Assembly (NCBI RefSeq): GCF_009914755.1
Contig: NC_060942.1
Reading direction: 5' to 3' (one strand)
Source of the DNA: the human T2T-CHM13v2.0 reference genome, Homo sapiens
DNA length: 64,000 bases
A model generated the notes under the pieces. That model was not told where the DNA came from, searched no databases, and saw only the letters and a list, made by a program, of their open reading frames with translations. Numbering within the stretch: the stretch's first letter is position 1; each line of letters opens with the position of its first letter. The translations under genes were made by a program, and so were the position numbers. Shown here in pieces: positions 14,470 through 28,059 of the stretch.

Positions 14470-15340
14470 TTCTATCTGTGGACCTGGGAAACCAGGAAAC
14501 AAATTACTTGCTCTCAAAATACAATGATGTCATGAGCAGAGGGTATTAGTTAGGTATCCTGATTTACAGGGGAGAATATGGGAGAAAAAAAGGAGTAACT
14601 GGTCCCAAGCAATTTCAAAATGAGAAATTGCATTAGGTTCTGAGGTCTGGGACACATTCCTGTCACCAGGGCTCTGCCCTGAGCCCTTTTCCTTTCTTAT
14701 GAAAGATAGTGTTTATTTGCTGCTGAGTGATTTTATTCATCTGTTTCCTGCCTTCTTTCATGTTGTCCTGTCTGTTCCTTCTGGATCCAGCTGGCAGCGT
14801 TTCTGCTGATCCAAAATTCTAGAACTCTGTGGCTCTCCCACATCAGTCCCTGGGACTCCTGCTATTACACAAGGGGCTCGTCCATAGGTCTTTCCCACAC
14901 AGCCCCATCTCTGTTTGGCTTTTGCCGAGATGGCTGAGGGACAATGCCTTCAGCTTTCTCTTGCCCTATGGTTTGATTGAAGGAGAAACCTAGGCCACAC
15001 CCTTAATCTCTTCAAAGAGCGCCTGAGTGACCGACCCTCCAATCTTTGATCTTTCTGAGGTTTTAGTGAAAGATTGTGCTGCCACACCTCAGCTTCTTCT
15101 CTGGAGGTCTCTTTCCAGATAAAGACCTTAACTCTAGTGTGTTTTGCAATCTGGATAGGCTGAGCATTTTCCAAATTATCAAGATTTAGTTCATTTTCAT
15201 TTAATAATTTTTCGCTCAATTTATCTTTCTCTTCTTGCATTTTACTATAAGCAGTAGCAAGGAGAAACAGGCTATCATCTCCACACTTTGCTTGGAATTT
15301 TTCTCGCTGAGTGTTTCATGGTGTTCACACTCTTCTTGCC
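14470..15340 (-). mobile_element. MaLR internal sequence (MLT1-int) fragment
   Basis: Minus-strand remnant MQEEKDKLSEKLLNENELNLDNLENAQPIQIAK resembles the MLT-int ORF relic and lies next to an MLT1 LTR in the same orientation. Confidence 0.65.
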
Positions 15341-15499
15341 ACAAAACTGCAGGACACGAATCCACCAAGCATCTGGCCCCTGCGTAACAAGGACCTTCTC
15401 AGGTGCAGTAGTGTGCTCTTCCCTCCCGCTGAGCCCTCACCCCAGCATCCTCCTGCCTGGATTCTATGAGCCGTCTGCAAGACCTGGCCAGTTGCATCC

Positions 15500-15784
15500 T
15501 TATGGCACCCCCTGCATCGGCAATGGTGGCAATAGAGCGTTCGGTCATCAGGCAGCATCCCTCCAGCCCTCCCGCTGCCTCCCTCTTCCTCTTCTGAAGA
15601 GCTCATGTGAGTAGAGCCCACCTAGTAATCCAGGACACTCCCTAGTTTACGGTCAGCTCATGTACAGCATTGATTCCATTGGCCAACTTCATTCTCTTTT
15701 GCCACGTTCCCTGACGTGTTCACAGGTTCCAGGACCAGGATGTGGACATCGTTGGGGTGGGGGGCATCATCCTGCCTACCACAC
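15500..15784 (-). mobile_element. MLT1 (C/D-like) LTR
   Basis: gcccacctagtaatccagga...ggtcagctc...ttcacaggttccaggaccaggatgtggacatc...cctgcctaccaca. Confidence 0.75.
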
Positions 15785-16326
15785 AGATATTTCCTCTTGT
15801 TATTATTTTCTTTAATGGATACATAATTGTGCATATTTATGGGTCACAGTGTGATATTTCAATACCTGTGTATAATGTGCAATGATCAAATCAAAATTAG
15901 CATATCCATCATCTCAAACAATTATCATTTCTTTGACTTGGGAACATTCAAAACCTCTCTTCTAGCTATTTGAAGATACAGAATAAATTGTTATCTATAA
16001 TCACTCCACAGTGCGATAGAACACTGGAACATATTCCTCCTATCTGCCTTTAATTTAGTATCTGTTACAAACCTACCTCCTCTAGCACTCCCATACCCCT
16101 GACCCTTCTTAGCCTCTGGTAATCACTATTCTGCTCTCTACTTCTATGAGCTCCACTTATTTAGCTTCCACATATGAGTGAGAACATGCAATGTTTATCT
16201 TGCTGTGCCTGGCTTGTTTCTCTTAACAGAATGTCTTCCAGGCTCCTCTGTGTTGCTGCAAATGACAGGATTTCAGTCTTTTTTGTGGCTGAATAGTATT
16301 TTATTGTGTATATATATCACATTTTT

Positions 16327-17234
16327 CTTTTTTACTTTAAGTTCTGGGATACATGTGCAGAACGTGAAAGTTTGTTACATAGGTATACATGTGCCACGGT
16401 GGTTTGCTGCACCTATCAACCCATCATCTAGGTTTTAAGCCCCACATGCATTAGGTATTCGTCCTAATGCTCTCCTTCCCCTCTGGCCCCAACCCCTGAC
16501 AGTCCCCAGTATGTGATGTTCCCCTCCCTGTGTCTATGTGTTCTCATTGTTCAACTCCCACTTATAAGTGAGACTATGTGGTGTTTGGTTTTCTGTTCCT
16601 ATGTTAGTTTGCTGAGAATGATGGCTTCCAGCTTCATCTATGTCCCTGCAAAGGACATAAAGTCATTGTTTTTTATGGCTGCATAGTATTCCATGGTGTA
16701 TATGTGCCACATTTTCTTTATCCAGTCTATCATTGGTGGACAAAGGCCTAATATTCAAAATCTACAAGGAACTTAAATAAATTTACAAGAAAAAACAAAC
16801 AACCCTATCAAAAAGTGGGCAAAGGATATGAACAGTCACTTCTCAAAAGAAGACACTTATGTGTGGCCAAGAAACATGAAAAAATGCTCAACATCACAGG
16901 TCATTAGAGAAATGCAAATCAAAACCACAATGAGATACCATCTCATGCCAGTAAGAATGGTGATTATTAAACAGTCAGGAAACAACAGATTCTGGCAAGG
17001 CTGTGGAGAAATAGGGACACTTTTACACTGTTGGTGAGAGTGTAAATTAGTTCAACCATTGTGGAAGACCATGTGGCGATTCCTCAAGGCTCTAGAACCA
17101 GAAATACAATTTGACCCAGCAATCCCATTACTTGGGATATACCCAAAGGATTATAAATCATTCTACTATAAAGACACATACACACGTATGTTTATTGCAG
17201 CACTATTTAAAATAGCAAAGACTTGAAACCAATC
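16327..17234 (-). mobile_element. L1PA (PA7/8-like) 5'-truncated insertion with 5' inversion, nested in the L1MA
   Basis: 16327-16740 is a reverse L1PA 3' end; 16741-17234 is forward ORF2 C-terminus (MNSHFSKED...HCW); TSD tatatat(c/a)acattttt at 16311-16326 and 17235-17250. Confidence 0.92.
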
Positions 17235-20200
17235 TATATATAACATTTTTTAATCAATTTATCTGTTGGTCGACAATTAGGTTTATTCTATACCTCAGCT
17301 ATTGTGAATGGTGCTGCAATAAACATGGGGGTGCAGCCATCACTTCAGTACACATGTTTTCCTTTCTTTAAACACATTTTCCTTTCTTTGGTATATACCT
17401 AGTAGTGGGATTGCTGGATTATATGGTAGCTCTATTTTATAGTTTTTTGAGGAAACTCTTTACTGTTTACCATAGAGGTTGTACTAATTTACATTCCTAC
17501 CCATTTCACCTCCTCACCAACATCTGTTATTATTTGTATTTTTGATACTAGCCATTCTAACTAGGATAAGATAATACCTCATTGTGACTCTGAGTTGCAT
17601 TTCCATGATTATCAGTGATAGTGGAAATTTTTTCATTTACCTATTGGCCAGGTGATTTTTTTCATTTACTTGTTGTGTGCATTCTTGTGAGAAGTGCCTG
17701 TTCAGGTTCTTTGCCGATTTTTTGATGAGATTTTCTTTTCTTCTTCTTCTTTTTTCAGTTTTATTTTTTGCCATGAATTGTTTGAGTTCGTTGTATATTC
17801 TGAGTAGTAATCCCTTGTAAGCAGATAATACTTTGCAAATATTTCATCCCATTTTGAAATTTTCTTTCCTCTGTTAATTGCTTTCTTCCATGTAAAGAAG
17901 GTTTTTAGTTTGATGTAATCGCATTTGTCCACCTTTCTTTTTGTTGCCTGTGCTTTTGAAGTTTTATCCATAAGTTCTTTACTTAGACCAATGTCCTGAG
18001 GCATTTTTCTCTGTGTTCTCTTCTAGTAGCTCCACAGTTTCAGGTCTTACATTTAGATCTTTATTTCACTTTTGAGTTGATTTTTGTGTATGGTGAGACA
18101 TATGGGTCCAGTTTTGTTCTCCTGCATATAAATATTCAGTTTATTAAAGAGACTGTCCTTTCCACAATGTATGTTCTTGCTGCCTTTGTTGAAAATCAGT
18201 TGGTTGTAAATAATACAGATTTATTTCTGTGTTCTCTATTTTGTTACATTGGTCTGTCTGTTTTTATGCCAGTACCATGCTGTTTGGGTTCTTACAGCTT
18301 TGTGGTATATTGTGAAATCAGGTAGTGTGATACCTCCAGCTTTGTTCTGTCTGCTCAGAATTGATTGGCTATTTGAGGTATTTTGTGGTTCTGTATGAAT
18401 TTTAGGATATTTTTTCTATTTGTGTGGAGAATATCATCAGTGTTTTGATGGGGATTCCATTTAATCTATATACTGCTTTCGGTAATATGGTAATTTTAAC
18501 ATTATTTATTCTTCCAATTCATGAACACAAGATGTCTTTCCATTTTCAGTGTGTGTTTGTCTGCTTCAATCAAATTGATCAGAGTTTTATAATTTTCACT
18601 GTAGAGATCTTTCACCTCCTTGGTTAATTTATTCCTAGGCACTGTAAATTTGTGTTTGTATTGTAAATGGAATTGCTTTCTTGATTTCTTTTTAAGCTAG
18701 TTTAAGCTAGTTCATCGTGCATTTATAGAAACAGTACTGATTTTTGTATATTGATTTTGTATCCTACTTCTTTCCTGAATTTGTCTGTAAGTTCTAACAG
18801 CTTTTGATGGAGTGTTTAGGCTTTAATATATATAAGACTAGTTCATCTGCAAACAGAGACAATTTGACTTCCTCCTTTCCAATTTCTATGTCCTTTATTT
18901 CTTTCTATTTCCTTAATTACTCTGGCTTGAACTTCCAGGACTATGTTAAGTAAGAATGGTAAAAGTAGTCATCCTTACCTTATTTCAGTTCTTAGAGAAA
19001 AAGCTTTCAACTTTTCCCCAACGATGATAGCTGTGGGTTTGTCATAGATGATCTTTATTGTGTTGAGGTACATTTCTTCTATATATAATTTTTTTTATCA
19101 TGAAGGAACATTGAATTGTATTACATGACAATTCTTCATCTGTTAAGATGATCATAGAGTTTTTATCTTTCACTCTGTTGATGTGATATAACATGTTTAT
19201 TAATTTGCATGTGTTGAACCGTCCTTGCATTCCTAGGATAAATTCCATTTGATCATGTTATATAATTTTTGGATGTGCTGTTGGATTCAGTCTGCATTTT
19301 GTTGTGGATTTTCCATCAATGTTCATCAGGAATATTGGTCTGTAGTTTTCTTTTGTGTGTGTACGTGTCCTTGTATGGTTTTGATATCAGGTTAATGCTG
19401 GCCTCATAGACTGAATTTGGAAGAATTCTCTTCTCTTCAAGTTTTTGGAATAATTTTAAAATAATTGGTGTTAGTTCTTTAAATGTTTAGTAGAATTCAG
19501 CAATGAAGCCACCCAGTCCTGGATTTTCTTTGTTGGGAGATTTTTTTTTTATTACTGCTTCAATCTTATTATCTGTTATTGATCTGTACAGATTTTCTAT
19601 TTATTCCTTGTTTAATCTTGGTAGGTTGTATATGTCCAGGAAATTAACATTTATTCTAGATTTCTTAATTTATTGGCATATAGTTGTTTATGAGTCTTTA
19701 TTGAGCCTTTGCATATCTGTAATATCAGTTGTAATGTCTACTTTTTTGTTTCTGATTTTATAAATTTGAGCTTTCTCTCTCATTTTCTAGCAAGAAATTT
19801 ATAAATTTTGTCTGTCCTTTCAAATGCCAACTTATTGTTGATCTTTTTTCTTAGTCTCTATGTTGTTTATTTCTGCTTTGGGTCCTCATTAGATCTTTCC
19901 CTCCACTAATTTTTGTTTAGTTTCTTCTTGCTTTTCTGGTTTCTTAGTGTGCATCTTTAGGTTGTTTATTTTAAATCTTTTTTTTTGTATATAAATGTTT
20001 ATTTCTATAAGTGCCCCCACTTAGTACTGCTCTTGCTGTGTCACATGTTTTGGTATGTTGTGCTTCTATTTTCATTTGTTTTACAAAATTTTTTACATGT
20101 TTAAGTTTCTTTTTTGACTCGCTGTCTGATCATGGGCATGTTGTTTGATTTCCATGTATTTTTACCGTTTCCAGTCTTCCTCTTTTTATTCATGTCTAGT

Positions 20201-21028
20201 TTTATTCCACTGTTGTCAGAACAAATACTTGATAAGATTTCCTTTATAAAAAATTTGTTGATACTTGTTCAGTGGCCTAATATTTGGTCTTTCCTACAGA
20301 ATGTTCCATGTGCTGGTGAGAAGAAAGTTCATTCTGTTACTGTTGGATGAAGTGTTCTGTAAATATCTGTTAGGCTCATTTGTTCAGCAGTGCAGTTTAA
20401 ATCCAATATTTCTTGGTTGACTTTCTGTCTTTATAACTTTTCTAATGCTGATACTGGGGTATTGAAGTCCCCAGCTATTCTTATTATATTTGGAATCTGT
20501 CCCCTCATTTAGATCTATTAATATCTGCTTTATATACCTGAGTGCTTTGGTGTTGATGTATATGTTTTTAGAATTGTTAGGCTTTCCTGCTGAATTGATC
20601 CCTTTATCGTATAAAATTGCATTATTTTTCTCTTTTTATAGTTTTTGACATAAAGACTATTTTATCTGATATAAATAAGCCACTCCTGCTTATATTTGAT
20701 TTACATTTTTCTGAAATATGTTTTTTCATCCCATCACTTTCAGTTTATGTGTATTTTTACAGGTTAAGTGGTAGGCAGCATATAGTTGGTAGGCAGAATA
20801 TAGTTGAATCTTATTTTTAATGTATTCATCAGTCTGTATTTTTAATTGGAAAATTTAATCTACTTACATTCAAGGTTATTATTTATAGAAGAGAACATAC
20901 TCCTGCTATTCTGTTCATTGTTTCCCAGTTGTTTTGTATATCTTTTGTTCCTTTCTTCCTCTTATTATTTATCTTTGTGATTTTGTGGGGTTTCTTATAA
21001 GGATAAGGTTTGAATTTTTTATCTTCCT

Positions 21029-21116
21029 CATATATATATATGTGTGTGTATATATATGTGCGTGTGTATGTATATATCTATATCTATATATATATATATA
21101 TATATACATATACACA
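21029..21116. repeat. Compound (TA)n/(TG)n microsatellite
   Basis: tatatatatatgtgtgtgtatata... lying between L1 ORF1 and ORF2. Confidence 0.9.
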
Positions 21117-22839
21117 TCTGCTCTACCAGTGACTTTTTACTTTCATGTGTTAACATGATGTAAGTTATCTGCTTTTGCTTCTAGAAGAGGGACTCTCTTA
21201 AGTATTTCTTCTAAGGCTGATCTAGTGGTAACAAATTCTCAGGTTTTGCTTGTGTGGGAAAGACTGAATTTCTCCTTCATTTTTGGAAAACAGCTTTTCT
21301 GGATATAGTATTCTTGACTGCCAGGGATTTTTTTCTTTTAGTACTTTGACTATATCATCCCATTTTCTCCTGACCTGTAACGTTTCTGCTGGTGAGTTTA
21401 AATTTCTGCTGGGACTTTTTCCTGTAAATGTGTCCTGTAGTGTCAGCTGGCTAGGGAGCTTTGGTTTGGTTCTGGGTGGGCACAGAAGTGTAGTCTCAGG
21501 AGATTTATTTATTGGTAATCAACATCAGCTGTGTCTGCAACTGCTTCAGTGGCCTAAACTGTGGGTATGTGTGTAGGAAGTGGTGCAAATTTGCTGAGGG
21601 TGGAGGCCGCCATTCAGGCTGAGTCCTAAGCCCTTAAAGGGACATGTACCTGGCATGGTGGCACCGCCAGTTTTGAGGGTGGTATTGCCCATGGAAGTGG
21701 GCACTGAGAGGCTACTTTTTGGTCCCCACAGGGCACATGCAGTGTACAGTGGCTCTGTACCTGGAGGGGGCTGGGTTGCTGGTAATAGGCACCAGTCGGG
21801 GGCAGTCCTCAGTGTTTGTGGGTGTGCATAGAACTCAGCAGTTTCACTTCTAAATAGAGTAGGATCACCAGTGTCAGACCCCAAGGGGTGCATCCAGTGC
21901 ACAATGGCTCCACCTTTGGAGAAGTAAATTTGTCAGCAGTGATGGGCAGGCCACTCCTTGGTCTTCAGGGAATGTGCAGGGTATACATCAGCTCTGCCTC
22001 TGGATAGGGAAGGGTCACCTTGTGTCCCCAGTGGGCATGTGTGACTTGCAGTACCTTTGCCACTGGAGGAAGTAAGGTTGTAGGTGGTGATGGGTACCAG
22101 GTGGTTGGCTCTAGATCTCTGGGGGAACACATACATCACCTTCCCCAGTCCTGGGGTGACCTTCCTGCTGTGACTGTCTGTTGCCTGGAGGGTATGATGC
22201 TGCCTGGGCTTGAGTGCTAGGGTCACAGCAGTACTGTTGAGTCTAGTTGGAATTGTAGTGTTGCAGCCTTCTGGATGGGTGTGGTGGGATATTGACAGGG
22301 CCCCAGAAATGTGGAGATGCAAGCACTATTAGTCCCCAGGGCAGAATGCGATACAGCAGTGGATCAGTTCTGAAAATGCAGCCATGCCATAGCAGCTTGG
22401 GTCCTGGGGAGTTGTGTGGATTCAGCCTGTGCCCCTTCTCTGGAGTAATACAGACACGTGGACTCTAGGCTGTTGCTCATACTAGGCTCAGGGCCTGTGA
22501 AAACAGTGAGGCTCTCCTGTAGCTAGTATTTCAGATATCCTCGGTGACAATGGGGGGCTCTTCTAGTTGGCCATTTTGATCTCTCTTGTCCTGGAGCAGT
22601 TACTCTTGTTATTCTAACTTTCATATTAGAACAAAAACAAGGGACAAAATTGTATTCCACTCATGGAAAGACTGTGTCCACAAATGGGCTAGGAATAGTT
22701 CAAAGGTACTATTTTAATACTGATGCCTGCAGAGGTAATTTCTTTACCTGCATCTAGGGAAAATCTCTATTTTTTTCCTACCCTCACAGGCAAACATCTT
22801 GAGTTAGTTTTTATGTGGTCTGGGAGTTAGGAGTCCATC

Positions 22840-23495
22840 TGTATGAATCAGGATCCTTCAGAGAAACAGAAATAAATGGGATTTTAGGTGTAAGAAATAA
22901 TATAATTTATGTAGTACACATAAGAAATATATAAGCAATATAAGAAATATATACAATATAAGGAGTAATATGCATATTATGATAAACAATATGTATAGAA
23001 TAATGTATACACTATATATAATATTAGGCATACTATATAATATATAGCTATATGAAATAAAATCCTACATATATTCCTTAGAGTATATATTCCTTGTGTA
23101 TACTGTATTTAGTGTATATAAAGCATATATATAAGAAATATATTTGAGATTTTATTGTCTATATTGCATATAATCACACATATGCAATAGAATATATATT
23201 TGTGATTGTGAGGGATGACAAGTGCAAGACCCACAGGACAGTCCATCAGGGTGGAAACTGAGGCAGGAGCTGAAGTTGCAGATTTGATAATTTCTTTTAC
23301 TCCAGGAAACCACGTTCTTTGCTCTAAAGGCCTCAACTGATTGGGTGGGACCCACTCACATTATCCAGGGTAATATTTTGTGCTTTAAGCCATCTGATTG
23401 TGTTAATAACCTCTATGAAATACCTTTGCAGCTACCTCTGGGTTAGCATTTGATTGGGCAACTGGGGTGCAGCCTAGATAAGCTGGCATGTTTCC
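22840..23495 (-). mobile_element. MLT2 (C/D-like) ERVL LTR with internal AT-rich expansion
   Basis: tgtatgaatcaggatccttcagagaaacagaa...ggcctcaactgattgggtgggacccactcacattatccagggtaat...gcagcctagataagctggca; AT-rich low complexity at 22895-23200. Confidence 0.8.
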
Positions 23496-24067
23496 TTTGT
23501 CCACACAGGTTTCTTCAGTCTATGTTTTTCAAACATCCCATGTTCCAGGATTATTTATCATGCTTCCAAACAGAAAAAACTTGAAGGACAAATATAGAAG
23601 AGACATTTGACTTATAGAATTCACAGATGCATTTTGGAGCATGAAACAGTTATGCTGAAAGGAAGGAATAACAGAAACAGAAATAGGCTGGGATAGATAT
23701 TAGATGTAAAAGAGAACAAGAAAGAATAAAAGTAAGAAGAGAATAAAGAAAAATTGTTTTTATTTCCTATCATTTTATCAAAAACTGTATTAGAGTGAGT
23801 ATTCTATAAATAGGAGAAACATTTTTTTCATGTTAGTAATATACAAGTATTAGAGAAAAATATAAATTTGTAGAAAAGTAGAAAATTAAAAATATTTTTA
23901 GTTTCACAACCCGAATACAACTGCTTTCAATGTGCTGGCGTGCACATTTCCATAGATTTTTAACGTGGTTGTCATGCTTTATATCACATGTCTTGGGGGG
24001 TCTTCTCATGGCCATCATGGGCTGTGGCTACAGTAGGGAGAGGCAATGTGAACCCACGAAGGGTGCC

Positions 24068-24442
24068 AATTATGGTTTGGATTTCTGTCCCAGCCCAAAT
24101 CTCACATCAAATTGTAACCCCCATGTTGGACCAGGGGCCTGGTGGGAGGTGATTGGATTATGGAGGCAGAGTTCCCCCTTGCCGTTCCTGTGATTGTGAG
24201 TGAGTTCTCATGAGATCTGGTTGTTTAAAAGTGTGTGCTACCTCCCCCTTCTCTATTCTTCCTGCTCTGGCCATGTAAGACATGCCTGCTTCCCCTTCCA
24301 CCATGACTGTAAGTTTCCTGAGGCTTCCCCAGCCATGCTTCCTGTACAGCCTGCAGAACAGTGAGCCAATTAAACCTCTTTTCTTTATAACTTACCCAGT
24401 CTCAGGTAGTCCTTTATAGCAACGTGAGAATGGACTCATACA
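24068..24442 (+). mobile_element. THE1D/MSTA solo LTR
   Basis: tatggtttgg...ccagccatgcttcctgtacagcctgcagaac...attaaacctcttttctttata...ggactcataca. Confidence 0.9.
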
Positions 24443-25030
24443 GATGCCTTGAAGATGCCACACATCTGCAGCAACAAAATATTGGTCGTATGCTTGTTCT
24501 AAAGGTAAATTATATGTCTCTTTAAAGAGCACTCAGGTAAGAATGCTTGTAGTAAGTTTCTGCTATTCCTACATATGCTCAGAGAGAGAGAGAGAGGAAC
24601 AATGACCCCATACCAAATAAATATTCACCTTATAAACTTAGATAAAATTGCACCAATGGATTCCTGTAGCTTTCTTTTCTGGGCTATTTTTTTCTGGTTC
24701 ATTAATTGATCTGTATTCTGTTGTTCCACTTCCTCACTTAACAAAAATACTCAAGTATTTCTTTTCTAATATGCATTTTGGCTAATCTTGCCCATCTCCT
24801 TTACTTAATTATTTCAAAATTGTCTTTGCTATATTAATCTTTTGTGCTATATGAACTTTAATGAACTTCAGTGTCTGGTTCTCAGAGACAAGAGGCAGGG
24901 TGAGCTGCCAGTCCCACAGAGGTAGTCACAGCCTCTCTCTGCCCACAGCTGCCAGTGGTCTTCCCCATCCTCACTGCAGACCAGTGACAAGTTCATTCTC
25001 AACCCCAGCCTTTTGCAAGATCGACATCCT

Positions 25031-25388
25031 TGCTGTGATCTAAATGTCCATATTCCCCCCGAAATCCATATGTTGAAACCTAACTCCCAATGTGCGAGTA
25101 TTAAGAGGTGTGGCCTTCGCAGCTGGTTAGTTCATGAAGCCTCCACCCTCACGAATGGGATTAGCACCCTTAGAAAAGAGGCCTGGGGAGCTTGCCAGCC
25201 CTTTGCCTCTTCCACCATGTGAGGTCACCGCAGCAAGGCTCCAGCTATGAAGCAGAAAGCAGCCCTCGCCAGGCACGGCGTCTGCTGGCGTCTTGATCCT
25301 GGACTTCCAGGCTCCAGAGCTGAGAGCTGTACATTTATGCTGTTTGTAAATGATCTACTTCAGGTATCCCCTGGCATGGACTAAAGCA
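25031..25388 (+). mobile_element. MSTD/MLT1A-type solo LTR
   Basis: tgctgtgatctaaatgtcc...tgttgaaacctaactcccaatg...gaatgggattagcaccctt...cttgatcctggacttccag; near-TSD atcct/atccc. Confidence 0.8.
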
Positions 25389-25753
25389 ATCCCCTTCTTT
25401 GCAACTCTCTCTTTTTTCCTCTTCCGCAAAACCCCATCATCTCCTGCGCACTCTTACCTCCTTTAAAGCTCAGGGGAGCTGCCACCTCCTCTGTGAAGGT
25501 GAGGTGTGCACTTCCATCCCCAGTCACTGCCCTGGCTCTATTGTGCTATGAGATCCTGACATCTTCATCTCACACTAGATTCCAAACTCCTTGAGGGGGT
25601 TAGAACATGACTTGGTTCACAGTATGTGCTCAATAAACATTCCTGAGCAAATAACTTTAGGATATAAACTTAAGCACACCCTCCCCGTCTGCTGCTGGAG
25701 CAGATGCATTAACTCTGCGTTAAGAAACAGAATTGCTGTCGTTCTCTCTCCAG

Positions 25754-26453
25754 CAGGGCCAGGGCATGGGGGAGGGGAGCTGGCCTCAGGCACAACATTT
25801 AAGAGGCACCAAAAATCTCAGTCACCAACATAAATAAAAATTGAAGGTAATGGTTTAATAAGTAAAATGAATACACACCAGAACAAATCCACAAAGCAAA
25901 TGTCAAAAGATGTGATCAGCATGACTGATTTTTCATTTTGCCCACATGGTTTCTGCAGGACATCGTTACAGATCGTCTTTGTTCACAATCTGGATTTTTA
26001 TTATTATAAATTTTTGCATAAATTTTGGTTTTTTAAAACTGCATTGAAATCTTAAGTATTTTTATGACTCATTTTTTGGAGTCCCCTTAAATGTTGCACC
26101 TTAAATGAGTGCATCACCTGCTCCATCTGTCCCAGCCCCCAATGTCACCTGCCCCCATCATCACCTGCCCCATCATCACCTGCCCCCCCATAACCTGCCC
26201 CATAATCACCTGCTCCCCTTGTCACCTGACCCCATTGTTACCTGCCCCATCATCACCTTCCCCCGTCGTCACCTGCCCCCATCGTCATCTGCCCCCTCAT
26301 AACCTGCCCCATAATCACCTGCCCCCCTTGTCACCTAACCCCATTGTTACCCGCCCCATCGTCACCTGCCTCTATCATCACCTGCCCTGATCGTCACCTT
26401 CCCCCATCATCACCTGCCCCCATGGTCACCTGACCCCATCTTTCCCAGCCCTG
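25754..26453. mobile_element. MER96B-like hAT MITE with a minisatellite in its right terminus
   Basis: Starts cagggcc and ends cccagccctg; internal inverted repeat 25789-25824 (ggcacaacatttaagaggcaccaaaaatctcagtca) versus 26065-26100 (tgactcattttttggagtccccttaaatgttgcacc). Confidence 0.7.
26113..26440. repeat. C-rich minisatellite, 15-17-bp unit (catcatcacctgcccc)
   Basis: About 20 degenerate copies. Confidence 0.93.
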
Positions 26454-27025
26454 CTATCTCAAGATACTCTGGCAGTCAATGGGACTTCTCAATCTGGCCC
26501 AGCAAGATATTCTCCACCATTTCTGATATGGGATAGAATCCATCTGGAGGGCTTCGTTTTGTTCTTGATGTTCTCCCTGGATACATTAATGCAACATTAG
26601 GATAAAGATTACACGAAGTCTGCTTCTAGTCTCATACAGCCTCAAATCCTTAACATAATATTATTTATTCATGCTACATTTGTTACATATTTGATTAGGT
26701 CACATTATTATAGAGAAGCCAAGAATCCACATTACTGTGTACTGCATAAATGCATTGATCTAAAGATGAAAGAATTGTTTTACATTTACTTCTATGTATC
26801 AACTTCACTAACATTATTCCAAAGTCTAAATAATATAATGAAATAAAGACCCCAGAGGTATAAACTAATTTATTTCGATGCTTACAAAAGTTTTTAATAT
26901 ACCTAAACTGTCTTGCCATATAAACATATTTCTGTGAAACGTGCTTGGTTCTTAAGTTCTGGGACTACACCTGCAGCCTTAAACAGGAGGAACAAGTGCA
27001 ACTCTAAGAGCCATCCCTTGATGTT

Positions 27026-27381
27026 TGATATGGTTTGGCTGTGTCCCCACCCAAATCCCATCTTGAATTCCCGTGCGTTGTGGGAGGGACCTGGTGGGAG
27101 ATAAGTGAATCATGGGGACAAGTCTTTCTCGTGCTGTTCTCATGATAGTGAATAAGACTCATGAGATCTGATGGTTTTACAAAGAGGAGTTCCCCTGCAT
27201 AAGTTCTCCTTCTTTGCCTGCTGCCATCCGTGTAAGACGTGAGTTGGTCCTCCTTGCCTTCCACCATGACTGTGGGGCCTCCCTAGCCATGTGGATCTCT
27301 GAGTCCATTAAACCTCTTTCTTTTGTAAATTGCCGAGTCTCAGGTATGTCTCTATCAGCAGTGTGAAAATGGACTAATACA
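27026..27381 (+). mobile_element. THE1A/B solo LTR
   Basis: tgatatggtttggctgtgtccccacccaaat...ggactaataca; exact 5-bp TSD atgtt at 27021-27025 and 27382-27386. Confidence 0.95.
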
Positions 27382-28059
27382 ATGTTTAAGGACCCATACT
27401 AATGAAGTGGATGTTAAAGTTCTGTGAATATGATGCAAGGGCTCATTAAAAGTCTGGTCTAATAGTTTTATTTAAAAATTGTAATTAGTATAAAAATTCA
27501 GTTGAGAACGTTTTCAGCAAATATCAAGTACGTTTTTCCATAGTTCTTATGAGGAGCTCTTTCTTTAATCAAAGGTACAAGTTATGTTGGTAATGCCTAA
27601 GGTGGGCTGTGTTTTGGTTTGTCAGGCAGCTGGAGCAAGGCCACAGCAAACTCTCGAGGCAATGTAGGAATACAGAGATTTAATCCAAGATACAGATGGA
27701 CCGTGGTCACTGGCTGGGCAGGAACTTCCTGCTCATTTGTGTGGCCTGGCCCACCTCGGGAGGCAGAACAGCTCGGTCTTCCAGCTGGAGTCTGGATTGT
27801 GCCCTGAGATGTCTGAGTTGCTGGGCTGGTTTACAAAAGCACTGTGCTTGAGGGACAGTCAGGCCTCAGCCAATGCAAGACACCCATTCCTTTCCCTTTT
27901 AGCCTTCTTTTATACATATGTGTGGCTCGTGCCTGAATGGAGCATTTGTATGCAGTCCAATTATAGCAGGTACCTTGCCTTGACAACTGGCTGGTCAGAG
28001 TGAAAGCTCCTTTTTAAACGTATTGCCTGGTCTTATCTAAGACAGGTGCAAAAATTAAG

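Larger units (their letters stand above)
15805..22602 (-). mobile_element. Near full-length degenerate L1MA-family LINE-1 with partial ORF1 deletion
   Basis: L1MA 3' end at about 15810; continuous reverse ORF2 homology (e.g. KTSKAQATKRKVDKCDYIKLKTF, GMQGRFNTCKLINMLYHINRVKDKN); ORF1 C-terminus at about 21180-21390; L1 5' start motif (reverse complement caaaatggccaactag) at about 22563-22578; candidate TSD ctcttgttatt at 15794-15804 and 22603-22613. Confidence 0.9.

Noticed and set aside
16828-19763. ORFs with L1 ORF2 similarity
   Set aside because: Short broken fragments of dead L1 copies, not functional genes.
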